Shown: piece by piece, positions 1-14,626 of the stretch
Numbering within the stretch: position 1 is the first letter of the stretch
Layout of the letters: each line of letters begins with the position of its first letter
Assembly: GCA_002269645.1 (NCBI GenBank)
Contig: NIVC01002834.1
Span: 1-41,760, forward strand
Direction of reading: 5' to 3'
Origin: Macrostomum lignano
Taxonomy: Eukaryota
Length of the DNA stretch: 41,760 bases
The notes under the pieces: generated by a model
Told to the model about the DNA's origin: nothing
Databases searched by the model: none
What the model saw: the letters and a program-made list of their open reading frames with translations, nothing else
Program-made: the position numbers and the translations under genes

Positions 1-81
1 ATCTGTTGCCAGATTGTCTGTTGCCAGATTGACAGTCGCCGGATTGTCTGTCGCTGGATCACCTTGTCCCAGATTGTCTGG
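1..81. repeat. Short degenerate ~15-bp tandem repeat (ctgttgccagattgt-like), cut by the window edge
   Basis: About 5 imperfect copies visible at the start of the window. Confidence 0.5.
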
Positions 82-380
82 AAGCCAGTCTATCTATACT
101 TCAGAAAAAGTTAGAGTCTAGATTATTGTCTAAAAATTTATTAATTATAAAACTACAAGTTGAAAAACCATTTTGACTATTATATTAGTGTCCTAAACTA
201 AGATTTCTTTTAGAAAGAATTTTTTGAGTTTTTTATTAGGCCCTATTCCTAAACTAGAAGACTAAATTTGAATTTAAAAAATTTAAAATAAAACATAAAA
301 AATGTCATGATATTGTTTGACAACAAAATCAATGATAATGACATGATAGTGTCCTATTGGCATTCATTGTCAATATTGTC

Positions 381-798
381 CAGTGGTGCAACCAAGGGGT
401 AGGGGCAAAGGTGGGACATGGCATGGGGGCAGGGGTAGGATGTGGGAGGCTGGGCAATCACCTACTCTTAGGTAGAAAGCTGGAAAAAATCAAAGGGGGG
501 ACCAAGCGAGTTTTCACCAAAACAAAGCCACCCCAGTAGCGCAACCAGAAATTTTTCAAGGGGGGGCGGATTCTGAGGGTAAAGTCCCGGGAGGGGGGGC
601 GGCAGAGGGGTAGCTCTGTTTTTGGCGAAAATTCGCTTGGTCCCCCCTTTGATTTTTTTTCGGTCCCCCGCCTAAGGGGGGGGCGACTGCCCCCGCCCCC
701 CCCTGGTTGCGCCACTGAGCCACCCCTCCGCCCCCCTCCCAGGTCTTTACCCTCCAGAATATGCCCCCTCCTCTCAAAAAATTATTGTTGCACTACTG
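381..798. mobile_element. Older hAT-type MITE (outer element of a nested pair)
   Basis: TIR cagtggtgcaacca (381-394) vs ttgttgcactactg (785-798), 12/14 complementary. Decayed 8-bp TSD atattgtc / atattatt. CAG...CTG termini are typical of hAT. Confidence 0.55.
534..717. mobile_element. hAT-type MITE, 184 bp, inserted in the outer MITE
   Basis: 15-bp TIR cagtagcgcaaccag (534-548) / ctggttgcgccactg (703-717) with 1 mismatch. Perfect 8-bp TSD agccaccc (526-533, 718-725). Confidence 0.82.
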
Positions 799-3700
799 AT
801 ATTATTGATAATTAAGAATTAGGATATTCTTAGAATTACAGAGAATTAGAATAATATAAAAACTTGACTCTGGCAAGCCTGAGCCATTAGCCAATCGTAA
901 CACGATGTATTACAGAAATTTTTTTTAAAATTCTTAGCCTATACTAGACTATCTACATTACATAAGCATGAGAGGTCAACAGTTTTCTATCACATTGCAC
1001 CAAAAAAAATTCTAAGTAAATAGTTTCAACATTTTCCTACATGCGATATAATATTTACTAGGGGCTTGGCCTACATCCAACGAATGAAAGATAGGCCTAA
1101 AATTAATTAAACGTAGTCCCTTTCGTCAAAACAATTAATCGAGATAAGACAGTTACAGTTTCAAATATAAATTGCTGAGATACACGTAAAAAATCCAAGA
1201 AAAAAGAGCAAGAAAGCTTATCATATCCGTTTGGTACTCCTATGAAGATCAGAAATATTTTTAATTTTTGCTGTCTTATACCCTTAGAAGTGTTGAAACA
1301 CTTAAATAAATGACACAAGCTTTAAGTTTTGTTTTTTCTTTTAAAGTCGATTCGAAATTATCGTGTAGACTGCTTTCCTAGAAGTAGAAATTTAAATGAT
1401 AATTTTTCTGAAATCAATCTCACAAAGAAATAGATACGGACAAACCGTTTTTAGTATTGTGGGATATACAGGGTGTAACTTGATTGTGCGATCCTTTAGA
1501 GCGCACTGAATCCAGACTCTGGCGCAGAAAATCTTAGCCGCCAGGCCCTAAAACTAATATAATTGCGATACGAATAATAAGTTTTAGTCTCTGACAAACC
1601 TACTAGGACTTGGAGTGGTTTAGAGATTTTAAAACTAGTACGGTAATACCATTTGCTTATCGCCGGTCGGAAAGTCCCACCAGACTTTCTTCAATAGTTG
1701 CGTCGGCTGGTGCATGGAGGACTACTTACTTGTACATGTAGACCAATGGCCATACCCGCACCAAGTGCAACTATAGACACCTGTTGCGAATTTCTCTAGT
1801 TTCGCTGATCAGGCCTCGACGGTGGGCAAACCCTATAACTGCTGGAAATCCTCAGCTATCTCTCAAGCATTCCGTCATCACACGCGCCGTCAGCATTTTC
1901 AACAGATGGCACCACTTGCTCTAAACCCGCAAAACTGCGTCTGTTTTTACTCTTTTTTATTGAAGAGACGGACGGTGGTTGTATAAATCATCTTGATAAA
2001 TCATCAAGCGTGCATGGGTGCCGCAGAGAGCGGCAAGGGCCGAAGCGAAGTGTCCCACGAGTCGACGAGATACGTCCCATGCGCTCGACCTTGAAGTGCC
2101 TTGATCGGCGTCTCCAAGCAACCGAATGACGTCACCTGCCTAGTCGTACCATGATTGGCTACTAAAAAGGGGTGGGTGCCCGCGGCTAAGGAGTGGGGAA
2201 AATCAGGATTTCATGTGACTTGGTAGAAATGGCTCGCGGGCGGGGAAATTTAATTGTTACGCGTTGCATTTTAGTGATTTCGAATAAAAGAGCGGAGGTT
2301 GAGGTAAGGAAAACGGAGGGAAGTGGTGGAAAACGAAAACATGCTTTTAAATTTCGACTGTATACTATTGTAAAAGTTTCATGTATTTATTTGATTAAAT
2401 CTGATGTTTAGTGATGAAAAAAAAATTACCTGACGGAACATTCAATAAAAATCATTAAAAATATTTACACTTCAAAAATGTCATTCTCAATGTGCTTTCT
2501 ATCTTACTGTTAGTAGCGCAATTGAGTAGTAATAGCTTATTGTTGCTTATGATATTTCATGCTAGCTCGGATACAGCCGAAAAGAAACGCGGTTTACAAA
2601 CTTCATCTACTCTCTTACAATATTAATGTCATGTTATACAATCAAAGCTTCATTATCCCATCAAAAAAGTACAAATACATTTTGAAAAGTGGAAACTTTA
2701 ACATGAATTCGATTTCTGCGGTTTTTATGTCCTGTGACTTAATTGCTTTATTTTAAATTCACCAGACATTGCCAGGGATTCGCCATTCATTTGTCTGACA
2801 GTTTGATCGGAGCAGCATTATTGTGAATTCTGGCACAGCTCAAGCAATAAAATAGAAGCAAATAACGACAAGTGGGCAGAGAGCAGCGCCCTGGTTAGAG
2901 ACGGTTTTGGATTCCGAGAGCTGCATGGCCACTCAAAAATTGCTTTTCCCGGGCGAATTGAATTACACAACTTGCTCACCCGTATCTCTCGGCTATCAAC
3001 ACTCCTGCCTGTCCTGCGCTTCCCTCGCTTCTCAAATACTGCAGCAGACCAGCAATGCAAGGGACAGGCTCTTGCCTGCGCCGGAAACACCCTTAATGGA
3101 GTAATCGTGTTTGAATTGACGCGCCTCAACTCAACCGTCTCGACCTTCGAAGCAGCAGATTCTGTCAGCCAGGCCGCTATAAGCATTTCAGTCCACACAC
3201 TCAGTATTGTATGAAGTAGTCAGTTTTTTCCCCAAAACCACTTCTCTCCCCTCTTGCTCCTACAATCAGAGCTCTCTCTATGAGCGCGGCCTGTGTAGGC
3301 CATCACGCACCGCTGCAGGCTGTGCTGTTGATGCTTCCGATTGGTGAGAGGCTGAGAGCGACAGCACGCACCGGTTGTGCTGACAATGTGTAAGACTTGT
3401 TGTGCTGAACAACCCCGCCAGGCTCTGTCCGTCTCTTCAATTCAAGGACAGGCCTCTCCCTGCAGCTATTTCAGTGTTGGACCGTTAATCACTCAGCAAT
3501 GCTTTACCTGCTGCAGCTCCGCCGTCAATTGAATCCATCACAGAGCCCTACTGGCTGCGTCAACTTGTAGCTCTGGCCGCAGCCACCCACTTCCTGCTCC
3601 TCTCTAACCCCCTTTCAACTTCCCAGGATTTGGACCCTTCAGGTCTTGCAGCATCCGGAACCACGGACCCAACCCCTCCCGCCCGCTCTTGTCCTCAGCG

Positions 3701-5128
3701 CGTTCCCCTGAATATCCCGCCGGAGAGGCACCGGCACCCCCTCCAGGACAAGCCACCTTCCGGTTGCCACCCCCTTCCTCTTTTATTCCTCAATAAACCC
3801 TCCGGAGCATGTTGAGCACTTGTGCTGCAGCCGGTCCCGACTGGCATGACTATAAACCGAATTAACTGAAGCGATTCTTGAGCCTTGGGCTGCCCGGTCT
3901 CTCGGCAATTCAACACGGGTTCCCCCCTGTTCCAGGCCTATTCTTCTTTGCTTGACGCGAACAGGAGGGAGGGAGGAGGGTAAAGAAAGAAAAAAACTGG
4001 GCCAGTTCGCGCTCTCTTCCAGGCGTGCCGCTGAATGGCCCCGCGATGCTCAACTCCCCCCCCCCATCCCCGATTGCCCCTGCGGGCTGTGAGCCGCACT
4101 CGCTCACAACAATTTTTGAAGGGATCAAGGAGGCAGGAAGTGCAGCTCCTCTGGTGCGCCGATGGGAAGCGATAATGCGGGACGCACAATGCATACAGCC
4201 CTGTAGAGTAGGCGCGGCTTCCTCATGTTGCTGATGACTTAAGACTGGCCTGTGTCCGTGTTGCTTTCAGTCTTCTGCTTTTTCTGATTTTTTGCACCAG
4301 CTTTTTCTATAGCACTAAATTTGCAGTGTCTCTCACTCTGGGCTTCTGAGACCAAACTTAAGCGCCTATCCAACTTCCATCTCGCCCAATGCATTTTGCA
4401 TCCTCCTAATTAAACAAACATTTGCCTTTTACATTTCTTTAAATTAATAGTAACAGCTTGATAGTAGATTTTTCACCGTAAAAGAATGACAGAAAGAACT
4501 CCTCGAGGGGCCTGGTGACCACGTGGGACCCCCCGGTGTGTCAGATTGCCCAGATACTATAATAATAATAATTCCTCATAATTCATTTTCTCTCTCTCTT
4601 ATCGTGCGAAATAATTCGAAAATTCAAATTGACCGAAAAACTGACCACTTAAAATGGAATAGAGTCCCAGATGGACTGGGCCTGATTGGCGTTTGAAAAC
4701 TCTTTTGAAGAATTTTGGTGCAAAGTGGCCGCGCAAATTTCACACCTCGCGTGGCAAGTGGAAACGAAAGAAGAAAAAACTTTAGAAGGCACTCAAGTGA
4801 GCACTGCCGCGAGTTCGAGAACTTGTGCTGGAGACTGCGACTTGGGATGAAGCCTCCAGAGTGGTCCCAGCAGGATCCACAGCGAGTGCTGCTCTGTCCT
4901 GTTGCCAGGGAAGTTAAGTGCTGTGCTTCTGAGAAATTTATCATAGGCAAAAAAATTCTTAGACACCTGGGGAGCTTGAATAATATTCATGATTATTGTG
5001 CATTAAGTTAATTATATGGTTTCGAAGGGAAAAAACCCGCTCGCATGGTGTGGCAGTCGCATCCGAGTTTTCATTCTGTCGTTCACCTTTGTGTCAGCAG
5101 TTGCACATCTCTGTATGAAGTTTGTGCA

Positions 5129-5500
5129 GCTGTCTGTAATTCCTCATTATTGCTGTCTGTAATTCCCCATTATTACTGCCTGTAATTCCCCATTATTGCT
5201 GTCTGTAATTCCCCATCATTGCTGTCTGTAATTCACCATCATTGCTGTCTGTAATTCCCCAATTATTGCTGTCTGTAATTCCCTAATTAATGCTGTCTGT
5301 AATTCCCATTATTGCTGTCTGTAATTCTCCATTATTCCTGTCTATAATTCACCATCATTGCTGTCTGTAATTCCCCATTATTGCTGTCTGTAATTCCAAA
5401 TTATTGCTATCTGTAATTCACCATCGTTGCTGTCTGTAATTCCCCATCATTGCTGTCTGTAATTCCTATTATTGCTGTCTGTAATTCTCATTACTGCTCT
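5129..5500. repeat. 23-bp minisatellite (gctgtctgtaattccccattatt), ~16 copies
   Basis: Direct inspection; decays toward ~5560. Confidence 0.9.
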
Positions 5501-6960
5501 GTCCATAATTTCCCCGTTTATCTCCGTCTGTAATTACTTTCCTCCTTTCCTGTAATTCGCCCCCACACCCACGCCAGTCCAGCCTCGCTCCCACCAATAT
5601 TTTGCTATCTGCCAGTTCCGCCTCACCCCCCCCGCCGCCACAGCTCCGTGTTGGCTGAAAACTTGCATTAGCAAAATTAAAGCAAAGTTCCAGCAGAAGG
5701 CAGCTCGGCTGTGCTCCCGGTGTGTTTGCCTCTCTCCCGCCCCCATGGCTGGCACGGGCTTCACCGCCAGAATCCCACAGGCCACACAGGCAGAGCTGCA
5801 GGCCAGAACTGTTTATTGCTTTCCCAACAACACAAAAAATCACCGCTAATTCTCCTCACTCGCCTGTCACAGTTAAGGGATTTTTTGCCCTCAGCTGGAC
5901 CCCGGCCTGGCCCTACCTGCATGATGACTATGATGGCATTGAAAGCAAAGAGCGGACTGCAGCTTAGGGGCTCCCGCATCCGCCTACACCCGACTCTATC
6001 AGCCTCTCTTGGCCGGAAACTGAGTTGGGAGACAGAGAGACAGAGATGGAGGAGGGGAGGGCCCAGCTAGCGAGTGAGCGAATTTTGTGTGTGTGGGGGG
6101 GAATCGCTGAGATTCTCTGAACTCATAAAATGACTGATGCTCTCCCGGTCTGAGCTGGGGGCAGCCAGGCAGGCAGACTGACTGAGAGAGAAAACTTGTA
6201 GAAATGAGCACCAGAAAGTGGAGCACCGCATGCGGGGTGGGGGGTGATGATCAACCTGAGCTGTGATTGCTGCAGGGGATTGTTGCCAGAGTCGGCCCCC
6301 AGCCTCCACTCCCCATCCAGCGCTAATAAGATAATGCACCGGCGGGATTAATTGGTGAATTGATGAGGCTGCTGCAGTCGCCAGGAATTTCTCATGACCC
6401 TGGGAAAAATATTATATGGAGGCCGTAATGCCCCCATCCCGACTTCCGGCTGGAATATAGATTTGTTGTCCAGCCTCAGGAATTAGCTTCATCAGTTTCT
6501 GCGTCCCAAAATCTCGTTTGGTTAAATACTGCAGGCTGGGCACCAGCGGACCAGCTTCATCATAATCAAACAATGAGCAGCTCAGAGTCTGGAACTCCCA
6601 TTGTCCCCCGAGCCATTGTTTCACTCGCTGATTTTTTTCTTGCTTAAGAGAAGCTGCACGGACCCGCTCGGACAATGGATGGAACCAGATGAAGCCGCTG
6701 GACCTGCAGGCTCGATGGAGGCTGCGATTGCATATTGAAGGCAGATTCATATCTCATCTCATTCTCCGATAATAATTATTAGTGACGGTTATTGAAGTCA
6801 GTCAATGAGTCATCAAGTCTGTCGGCGAGTTTCCTGTGGAAATTGGCTGGCTAAATTAAGTTTAGTATGAAGTTTTTTCCCAATAAAATGGATTTTAATA
6901 AAAAATGAAATTAGCTTCGTCCATACTTCTGTCTCAGTTTCTTAGTTCTGCATGGCCTAA

Positions 6961-7925
6961 GTGTCTGTCTATCTGTCTCAGTGTCCGTCTATCTGTCTCA
7001 GTGTCTGTCTATCTGTCTCAGTGTCCGTCTATCTGTCTCAGTGTCCGTCTATCTGTCTCAGTGTCTGTCTATCTGTCTCAGTGTCTGTCTATCTGTCTCA
7101 GTGTCTGTCTATCTGTCTCAGTGTCTGTCTATCTGTCTCAGTGTCTGTCTATCTGTCTCAGTGTCTGTCTATCTGTCTCAGTGTCTGTCTATCTGTCTCA
7201 GTGTCTGTCTATCTGTCTCAGTGTCCGTCTATCTGTCTCAGTGTCCGTCTATCTGTCTCAGTGTCTGTCTATCTGTCTCAGTGTCTGTCTATCTGTCTCA
7301 GTGTCTGTCTATCTGTCTCAGTGTCTGTCTATCTGTCTCAGTGTCTGTCTATCTGTCTCAGTGTCTGTCTATCTGTCTCAGTGTCTGTCTATCTGTCTCA
7401 GTGTCTGTCTATCTGTCTCAGTGTCCGTCTATCTGTCTCAGTGTCTGTCTATCTGTCTCAGTGTCCGTCTATCTGTCTCAGTGTCTGTCTATCTGTCTCA
7501 GTGTCTGTCTATCTGTCTCAGTGTCTGTCTATCTGTCTCAGTGTCTGTCTATCTGTCTCAGTGTCTGTCTATCTGTCTCAGTGTCCGTCTATCTGTCTCA
7601 GTGTCCGTCTATCTGTCTCAGTGTCCGTCTATCTGTCTCAGTGTCTGTCTATCTGTCTCAGTGTCCGTCTATCTGTCTCAGTGTCCGTCTATCTGTCTCA
7701 GTGTCCGTCTATCTGTCTCAGTGTCTGTCTATCTGTCTCAGTGTCCGTCTATCTGTCTCAGTGTCCGTCTATCTGTCTCAGTGTCCGTCTATCTGTCTCA
7801 GTGTCTGTCTATCTGTCTCAGTGTCCGTCTATCTGTCTCAGTGTCTGTCTATCTGTCTCAGTGTCTGTCTATCTATCTCAGTGTCTGTCTATCTGTCTCA
7901 GTGTCTGTCTATCTGTCTCAGTGTC
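6961..7925. repeat. 20-bp minisatellite (gtgtctgtctatctgtctca), ~48 copies
   Basis: Exact 20-bp periodicity with a t/c variant (gtgtccgtct...). Confidence 0.95.
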
Positions 7926-8011
7926 TGTGTCTGTGTTAGTTTCTATCTGTCTATCTGTTTTAGTGTCTGCCATAGGTGTCTGTCTCAGTGTCTGTCTTAG
8001 TACTACCCTAA

Positions 8012-8811
<800 letters not shown>

Positions 8812-9215
8812 GGAAGCCAGCTCATGTCAGGCCAGCTGCACAGCTCGCCATCAGCTCATTCAGTCCGAGCAAAGCTGCCATGCAGGCCAGCAGAGTCGCC
8901 CAGCTCAGGACGCAAGCAGCCCCATTAGCTGATTATTGACTTGGCGCAGTGACCAGAAAATTTCCACCTTCCTGAGTTCGCAAAGTCCTCCGCATAGCAG
9001 AAATGCGGAAATTTGATTGTCAAACAAAATCAAATCACTGCCAAGTCAAGCAACATGTAGAACAGTCTGCAACAACTTGTAGGTAATTTTGCTTGTGGTT
9101 CATCCTAGTAAATTGGATTAGATAAGCTGATGTGCTTGCAACAAAAGCTTAGTCCTTTAAAACGTTCCTAATGTGCTCTAGAAAGATTTACATGCTAGCT
9201 AGCTGTGTAAGTAAC

Positions 9216-10378
9216 GATGCCATGTCTCAATGGGGGAGTTGCTGCATGAGATGCCATGGCTCAAAGGGGGAGTTGCTGAGATGCCATGAGTCAAAGATTA
9301 AGAGTTGCTGAGATGCCATGGCTCAAAGGGGGAGTTGCTGAGATGCCATGGCTCAAAGGGGGAGTTGCTGAGATGCCATGTCTCAATGGGGGAGTTGCTG
9401 AGATGCCATGGCTCAAAGGGGGAGTTGCTGAGATGCCATGTCTCAATGGGGGGGTTGCTGAGATGCCATGGCTCAAAAGGTGGAGTTGCTGAGATGCCAT
9501 GGCTCAAAGGGGGAGTTGCTGAGATGCCATGTCTCAATGGGGGAGTTGCTGAGATGCCATGGCTCAATGGGGAGTTGCTGAGATGCCATGTCTCAATGGG
9601 GGAGTTGCTGAGATGCCATGGCTCAAAGGGGGAGTTGCTGAGATGCCATGGCTCAAAGGGGGAGTTGCTGAGATGCCATGGCTAAAAAGGGGGAGTTGCT
9701 GAGATGCCATGGCTCAATGGGGGAGTTGCTGAGATGCCATGTCTCAATGGGGGAGTTGCTGAGATGCCATGGCTCAAAGGGGGAGTTGCTGAGATGCCAT
9801 GTCTCAATGGGGGAGTTGCTGAGATGCCATGGCTCAAAAGGTGGAGTTGCTGAGATGCCATGGCTCAAAAGGTGGAGTTGCTGAGATGCCATGGCTCAAA
9901 GGGGGAGTTGCTGAGATGCCATGGCTCAAAAGGTGGAGTTGCTGAGATGCCATGGCTCAAAGGGGGAGTTGCTGAGATGCCATGTCTCAATGGGGGAGTT
10001 GCTGAGATGCCATGGCTCAAAGGGGGAGTTGCTGAGATGCCATGGCTCAAAGGGGGAGTTGCTGAGATGCCATGGCTCAAAGGGGGAGTTGCTGAGATGC
10101 CATGGCTCAAAGGGGGAGTTGCTGAGATGCCATGGCTCAAAGGGGGAGTTGCTGAGATGCCATGGCTCAAAGGGGGAGTTGCTGAGATGCCATGGCTCAA
10201 AGGGGGAGTTGCTGAGATGCCATGGCTCAAAGGGGGAGTTGCTGAGATGCCATGGCTCAAAGGGGAGTTACTGAGATGCCATGGCTCAAAGGGGGAGTTG
10301 CTGAGATGCCATGGCTCAAAGGGGGAGTTGCTGAGATGCCATGGCTCAAAAGGGGAGTTGCTGAGATGCCATGGCTCT
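9216..10378. repeat. 30-bp minisatellite (gggggagttgctgagatgccatggctcaaa), ~38 copies
   Basis: Two alternating variants (ggctcaaa / gtctcaat) and a homogeneous 3' part. Confidence 0.95.
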
Positions 10379-11088
10379 ATTGGGGAACCCTTGGCCCATA
10401 CGCACTTGAACTGCACACCAAGACTCTGATTTAAGCAACAATTCCCATTCAACACTACACAAGACGAAGGCCATTCCCAATAGAATGGACAGGCCCATTG
10501 GAATACAGGCCCGGCAGTGTGTAGCAATCAACAATTTTTACGATGTTCTCAATGCCTCCTGCAGGCGCTGATGTTGAGTCCCCGCAGACTCCTATAGAGC
10601 ACTCTCTACCGTCTTTATCTATCTGATGAAGAGGTCGCCCCCACCTGCGCGCCTCCTCAGCCTCATGAAAGTTTGATCAATCCTAGGGCAGACCAGTATA
10701 TGGCCTGTGTGAGCCTGAATTTTAAATCACAACAGGTGACCAAGCTTGAACAATTGCGCTGTCTCTTGGATGCTTATTCTCTCTCTCTGCCAGCTGCTGC
10801 GCCTCATCATCAGTTCTTCTCAATAGTATGGTCCCTCTGTCTCAGTCTTAGCTAAATAAACTCAGTCCGTTATAGAGTTGTATTAGGTTCTACTGTTGAA
10901 TTTGGTGCTCTGGCATTGTACAAGAGTTCTTTATTTTGTTCTCTAAAATAAAGGTTGATTGCTGCAGGCGTCCTTCGGCGCTATTGATGGGGCCACTGAT
11001 TTGGGTTGGCTGACCTCTTCTTCTTGGCGTTCTTTGTTGTCTAACCTGCTTTCCAGTGTATGGTACTCCTTCTTCTCGCACCCTTCTA

Positions 11089-11820
11089 AATGGCACTCTT
11101 AATGGCACTCCTAATGGCACTCCTCCTGGCACTCCTCCTGGCACTCCTCCTGGCACTCCTCCTGGCACTCCTCCTGGCACTCCTCCTGGCACTCCTAATG
11201 GCACTTCTCCTGGCACTCCTAATGGCACTTCTCCTGGCACTCCTCCTGGCACTCCTAATGGCACTTCTCCTGGCACTCCTAATGGCACTCCTAATGGCAC
11301 TCCTAATGGCACTCCTAATGGCACTACTCCTGGAACTACTAATGGCACTCCTAATGGCACTCCTCCTGGCACTCCTAATGGCACTTCTCCTGGCACTCCT
11401 AATGGCACTCCTAATGGCACTCCTAATGGCACTCCTAATGGCACTACTCCTGGAACTACTAATGGCACTCCTCCTGGCACTCCTCCTGGCACTCCTAATG
11501 GCACTCCTCCTGGCACTCCTAATGGCACTCCTAATGGCACTCCTCCTGACACTCCTAATGGCACTCCTAATGGCACTCCTCCTGGCACTCCTCCTGGCAC
11601 TCCTAATGGCACTTCTCCTGGCACTCCTAATGGCACTCCTAATGGCACTCCTAATGGCACTCCTAATGGCACTCCTAATGGCACTTCTAATGGCACTTCT
11701 AATGGCACTCCTCCTGGCACTCCTAATGGCACTCCTCCTGGCACTCCTAATGGCACTCCTCCTGGCACTCCTAATGGCACTCCTAATGGCACTCCTAATG
11801 GCACTCCTAATGGCACTGCT
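11089..11820. repeat. 12-bp minisatellite (aatggcactcct / cctggcactcct), ~61 copies
   Basis: Direct inspection; stop-free in several frames. Confidence 0.95.
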
Positions 11821-11962
11821 TACAGCAATGATCATTAATTTCGCAGACTCTAAAAAAATCGTTATTATAATAAATAAATATTAATAATTTCTAAATAATA
11901 ACGCTTCTGCTAAATAACTATAAGTTGATGATCATAGAAGCAAAAAACAGTGGTTCGAGTCA

Positions 11963-11974
11963 TTGCAGCAGCAC

Positions 11975-12008
<34 letters not shown>
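11963..12008 (+). repeat. (CAG)n trinucleotide tract
   Basis: gcagcagcaccaccagcagcagcag... run. Confidence 0.8.
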
Positions 12009-12012
<4 letters not shown>

Positions 12013-12447
12013 ACCCGTTGTAGAGCGCATCCGATAATCAGATGTCAATCAGAAGAATCGGCATTCTGCCTGCTCAAAGCTGACTGACTGAGAATCAGGC
12101 TCCGATAGCAAGCAGCTTTGCAGCTTACGGGGAAGTTAAATATCACATCTCTTAATCTGACTTCCACATCTGCCGCTTTGCCCTCTGTGCTTAGTTTCTA
12201 ATCCCTAGCCAGCTCTTAATATATCGATCAACTCTGACTTAGAAAAAATGTCGATATGCAGGAGCTCCTGAGTTCGGAAGGCTTTCAGAATTTCTCGGCT
12301 AGCCAAGGAGGCCGACAGACACAGCTTGGGATGGGTGTCAGATCAATCTAAGCTGCTATACGATGGAGACGCCTCTTTATTCCTGATCTGAGATTGTTGC
12401 CAATCTGAATCTCTGGACTGGGGTGTCGGTTCAGAAATAACTGAAAA

Positions 12448-12919
12448 TTTCTACATTCGGATACTAATTTGTACATTCGGATACTAATTTGTACATTCGG
12501 ATACTAATTTGTACATTCGGATACTAATTTGTACATTCGGATACTAATTTGTACATTCGGATACTAATTTGTACATTCGGATACTAATTTGTACATTCGG
12601 ATACTAATTTGTACATTCGGATACTAATTTGTACATTCGGATACTAATTTGTACATTCGGATACTAATTTGTACATTCGGATACTAATTTGTACATTCGG
12701 ATACTAATTTGTACATTCGGATACTAATTTGTACATTCGGATACTAATTTGTACATTCGGATACTAATTTGTACATTCGGATACTAATTTGTACATTCGG
12801 ATACTAATTTGTACATTCGGATACTAATTTGTACATTCGGATACTAATTTGTACATTCGGATACTAATTTGTACATTCGGATACTAATTTGTACATTCGG
12901 ATACTAATTTGTACATTCG
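12448..12919. repeat. Homogeneous 20-bp minisatellite (tttgtacattcggatactaa), ~23 copies
   Basis: Essentially identical copies. Confidence 0.95.
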
Positions 12920-12962
12920 AGCGTTTGTACATTGCAGACAGACTGTTGCACCTGCAGTGCAG

Positions 12963-13900
12963 ACATTCTGGCTCAAATTTGTACATTCTGGCGCCGATTA
13001 GTACATTCTGGCGTCGATTAGTACATTCTGGCGCCAACTTGTACATTCTGGTTCCAACAGTACAATAGGCGCCATTCTTACATTCAAGCGCTAATTTGGC
13101 AATATCAGCACCAATTTGTACATTCTGGCGCCAGATCTGTCCATTCTGGCGCCAATCTGTCCATTCTAGCGCCAATTTGTACATTCTAGCGCCGAGTTGA
13201 ACATTATGACGCCGATTTGTACATTTGGGGCGCCAATTTGTACATTCTGGCGTTAATTTGTCTATTCAGGCGCCGATCTGTACATTCTGGCGTCTATTTG
13301 TACATTCTGGAGCCGATTTGTACATTCTGGCGACAACTTGTACATTTTGGCACCGATCTGTCCATTCTAGCGTCAATTTGTACATTCTGGCTCCGACAGT
13401 ACAATCAGGCGCCATTCTTACATTCGAGCGCTAATTTGGCAATATCAGCACCAATTTGTACATTCTGACGCCGATCTGTCCATTCTGGCGCCAATCTGTC
13501 CATTCTAGCGTCAATCTGTCCATTCTGGCGCCGATTTGTACGTTTTAGCGCCGAGTTGAACATTCGGGGCGCCAATTTGTACATTCTGGCGTTAATTTGT
13601 CTATTCAGGCGCCGATTTGTACATTCTGGCGTCTATTTGTACATTCGGGTGCCAAGTTGTACATTTTAGAGCCTATTTGTACATTCTGGCAGCAAGTTGT
13701 ACATTCTAGAGCCAATTTGTACATTCGGGGCGCCAAGTTGTACATTCGGGTGCCAAGTTGTACAATCTAGAGCCAATTTGTTTGTACATTTTAAAGCATA
13801 TTTGTACATTCTGGCAGCAATTTGTACATTCGGGGCGCCAATTTGTACATTCTAGAGCCAATTTGTACATTCTAGAGCCAATTTGTACATTATAGCGCCA
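12963..13900. repeat. Degenerate 20-bp array (tttgtacattctggcgccra) with an internal ~340-bp higher-order duplication
   Basis: Shares the tttgtacattc core with the previous array. A block starting acagtacaat occurs at 13057 and 13396. Confidence 0.85.
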
Positions 13901-14626
13901 TTGAATGATAAGCGCTCCACAAGGTAATTACTGGACATAAACATGCTTAATCACATTGATTTATTAAAATCTCAAACTAGAATATACGCTCATAGCACAA
14001 ATCTTATTCAATTCGTGTCTGTCTTGGCACCTGCAGACATATTCTCAAGATTTTATCTAACTGTGTCATACTGTTATTCATCATAACGTTTCCTCAACGT
14101 GACGAGGCTAAATTGCCACCAAATCTGCGTGTTTAGTCAGCAACTGCGAACAGAGGTGCTAACACTACGGACCGTGTGTACAAGTATTGTGTCGAATTCT
14201 TAACATTAGGGTCAACGTTAGCGAAATCGTGCGAACGGATATCGCCCCTCACATCCTTCCAGCCGATGTGCTAATAGCGGTTTTCAGCCCATTAATAGGT
14301 AAACGAGAGATGCAAGCCGCTAACGGAAAAAGCTGATAGCGGACATCTTCACATCTTGAACCCTCTGCTCTGTTGGCACCTACTCCAAAATCTTAAACAG
14401 CTCAACTGAGACTCTGCCAACTCTGAGACCGGGTTTTATTCGCCTCAGTCTCCTATTGGCTGCAGCCCCACCCCAACCCCAACACCCCCATATCTCTTCG
14501 CTGCTCTCTCACGTGTTGAGCAGTGGATGGGGGGTTGGTGCGGACTCACAGAATCCTCGGTGGTTGGCCACCGCCTCTCCTTTCCCCAGACCCGCCTCCC
14601 CCCCACAGGTTGGAGCGCGGCTGCGG

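Noticed and set aside
2800-4230. Possible decayed non-LTR retrotransposon 5' region (scattered CxxC fragments on the minus strand)
   Set aside because: Many stops and no RT or endonuclease motif recognisable; cannot be supported
6412-6750. 112-aa minus-strand ORF with protein-like composition
   Set aside because: No recognisable domain or convincing splice pairing
10380-10530. Weak WTGP (gypsy integrase GPY/F-like) and EPWHL (transposase-like) look-alikes beside the 30-bp array
   Set aside because: Four- to five-residue matches only; no surrounding catalytic motifs
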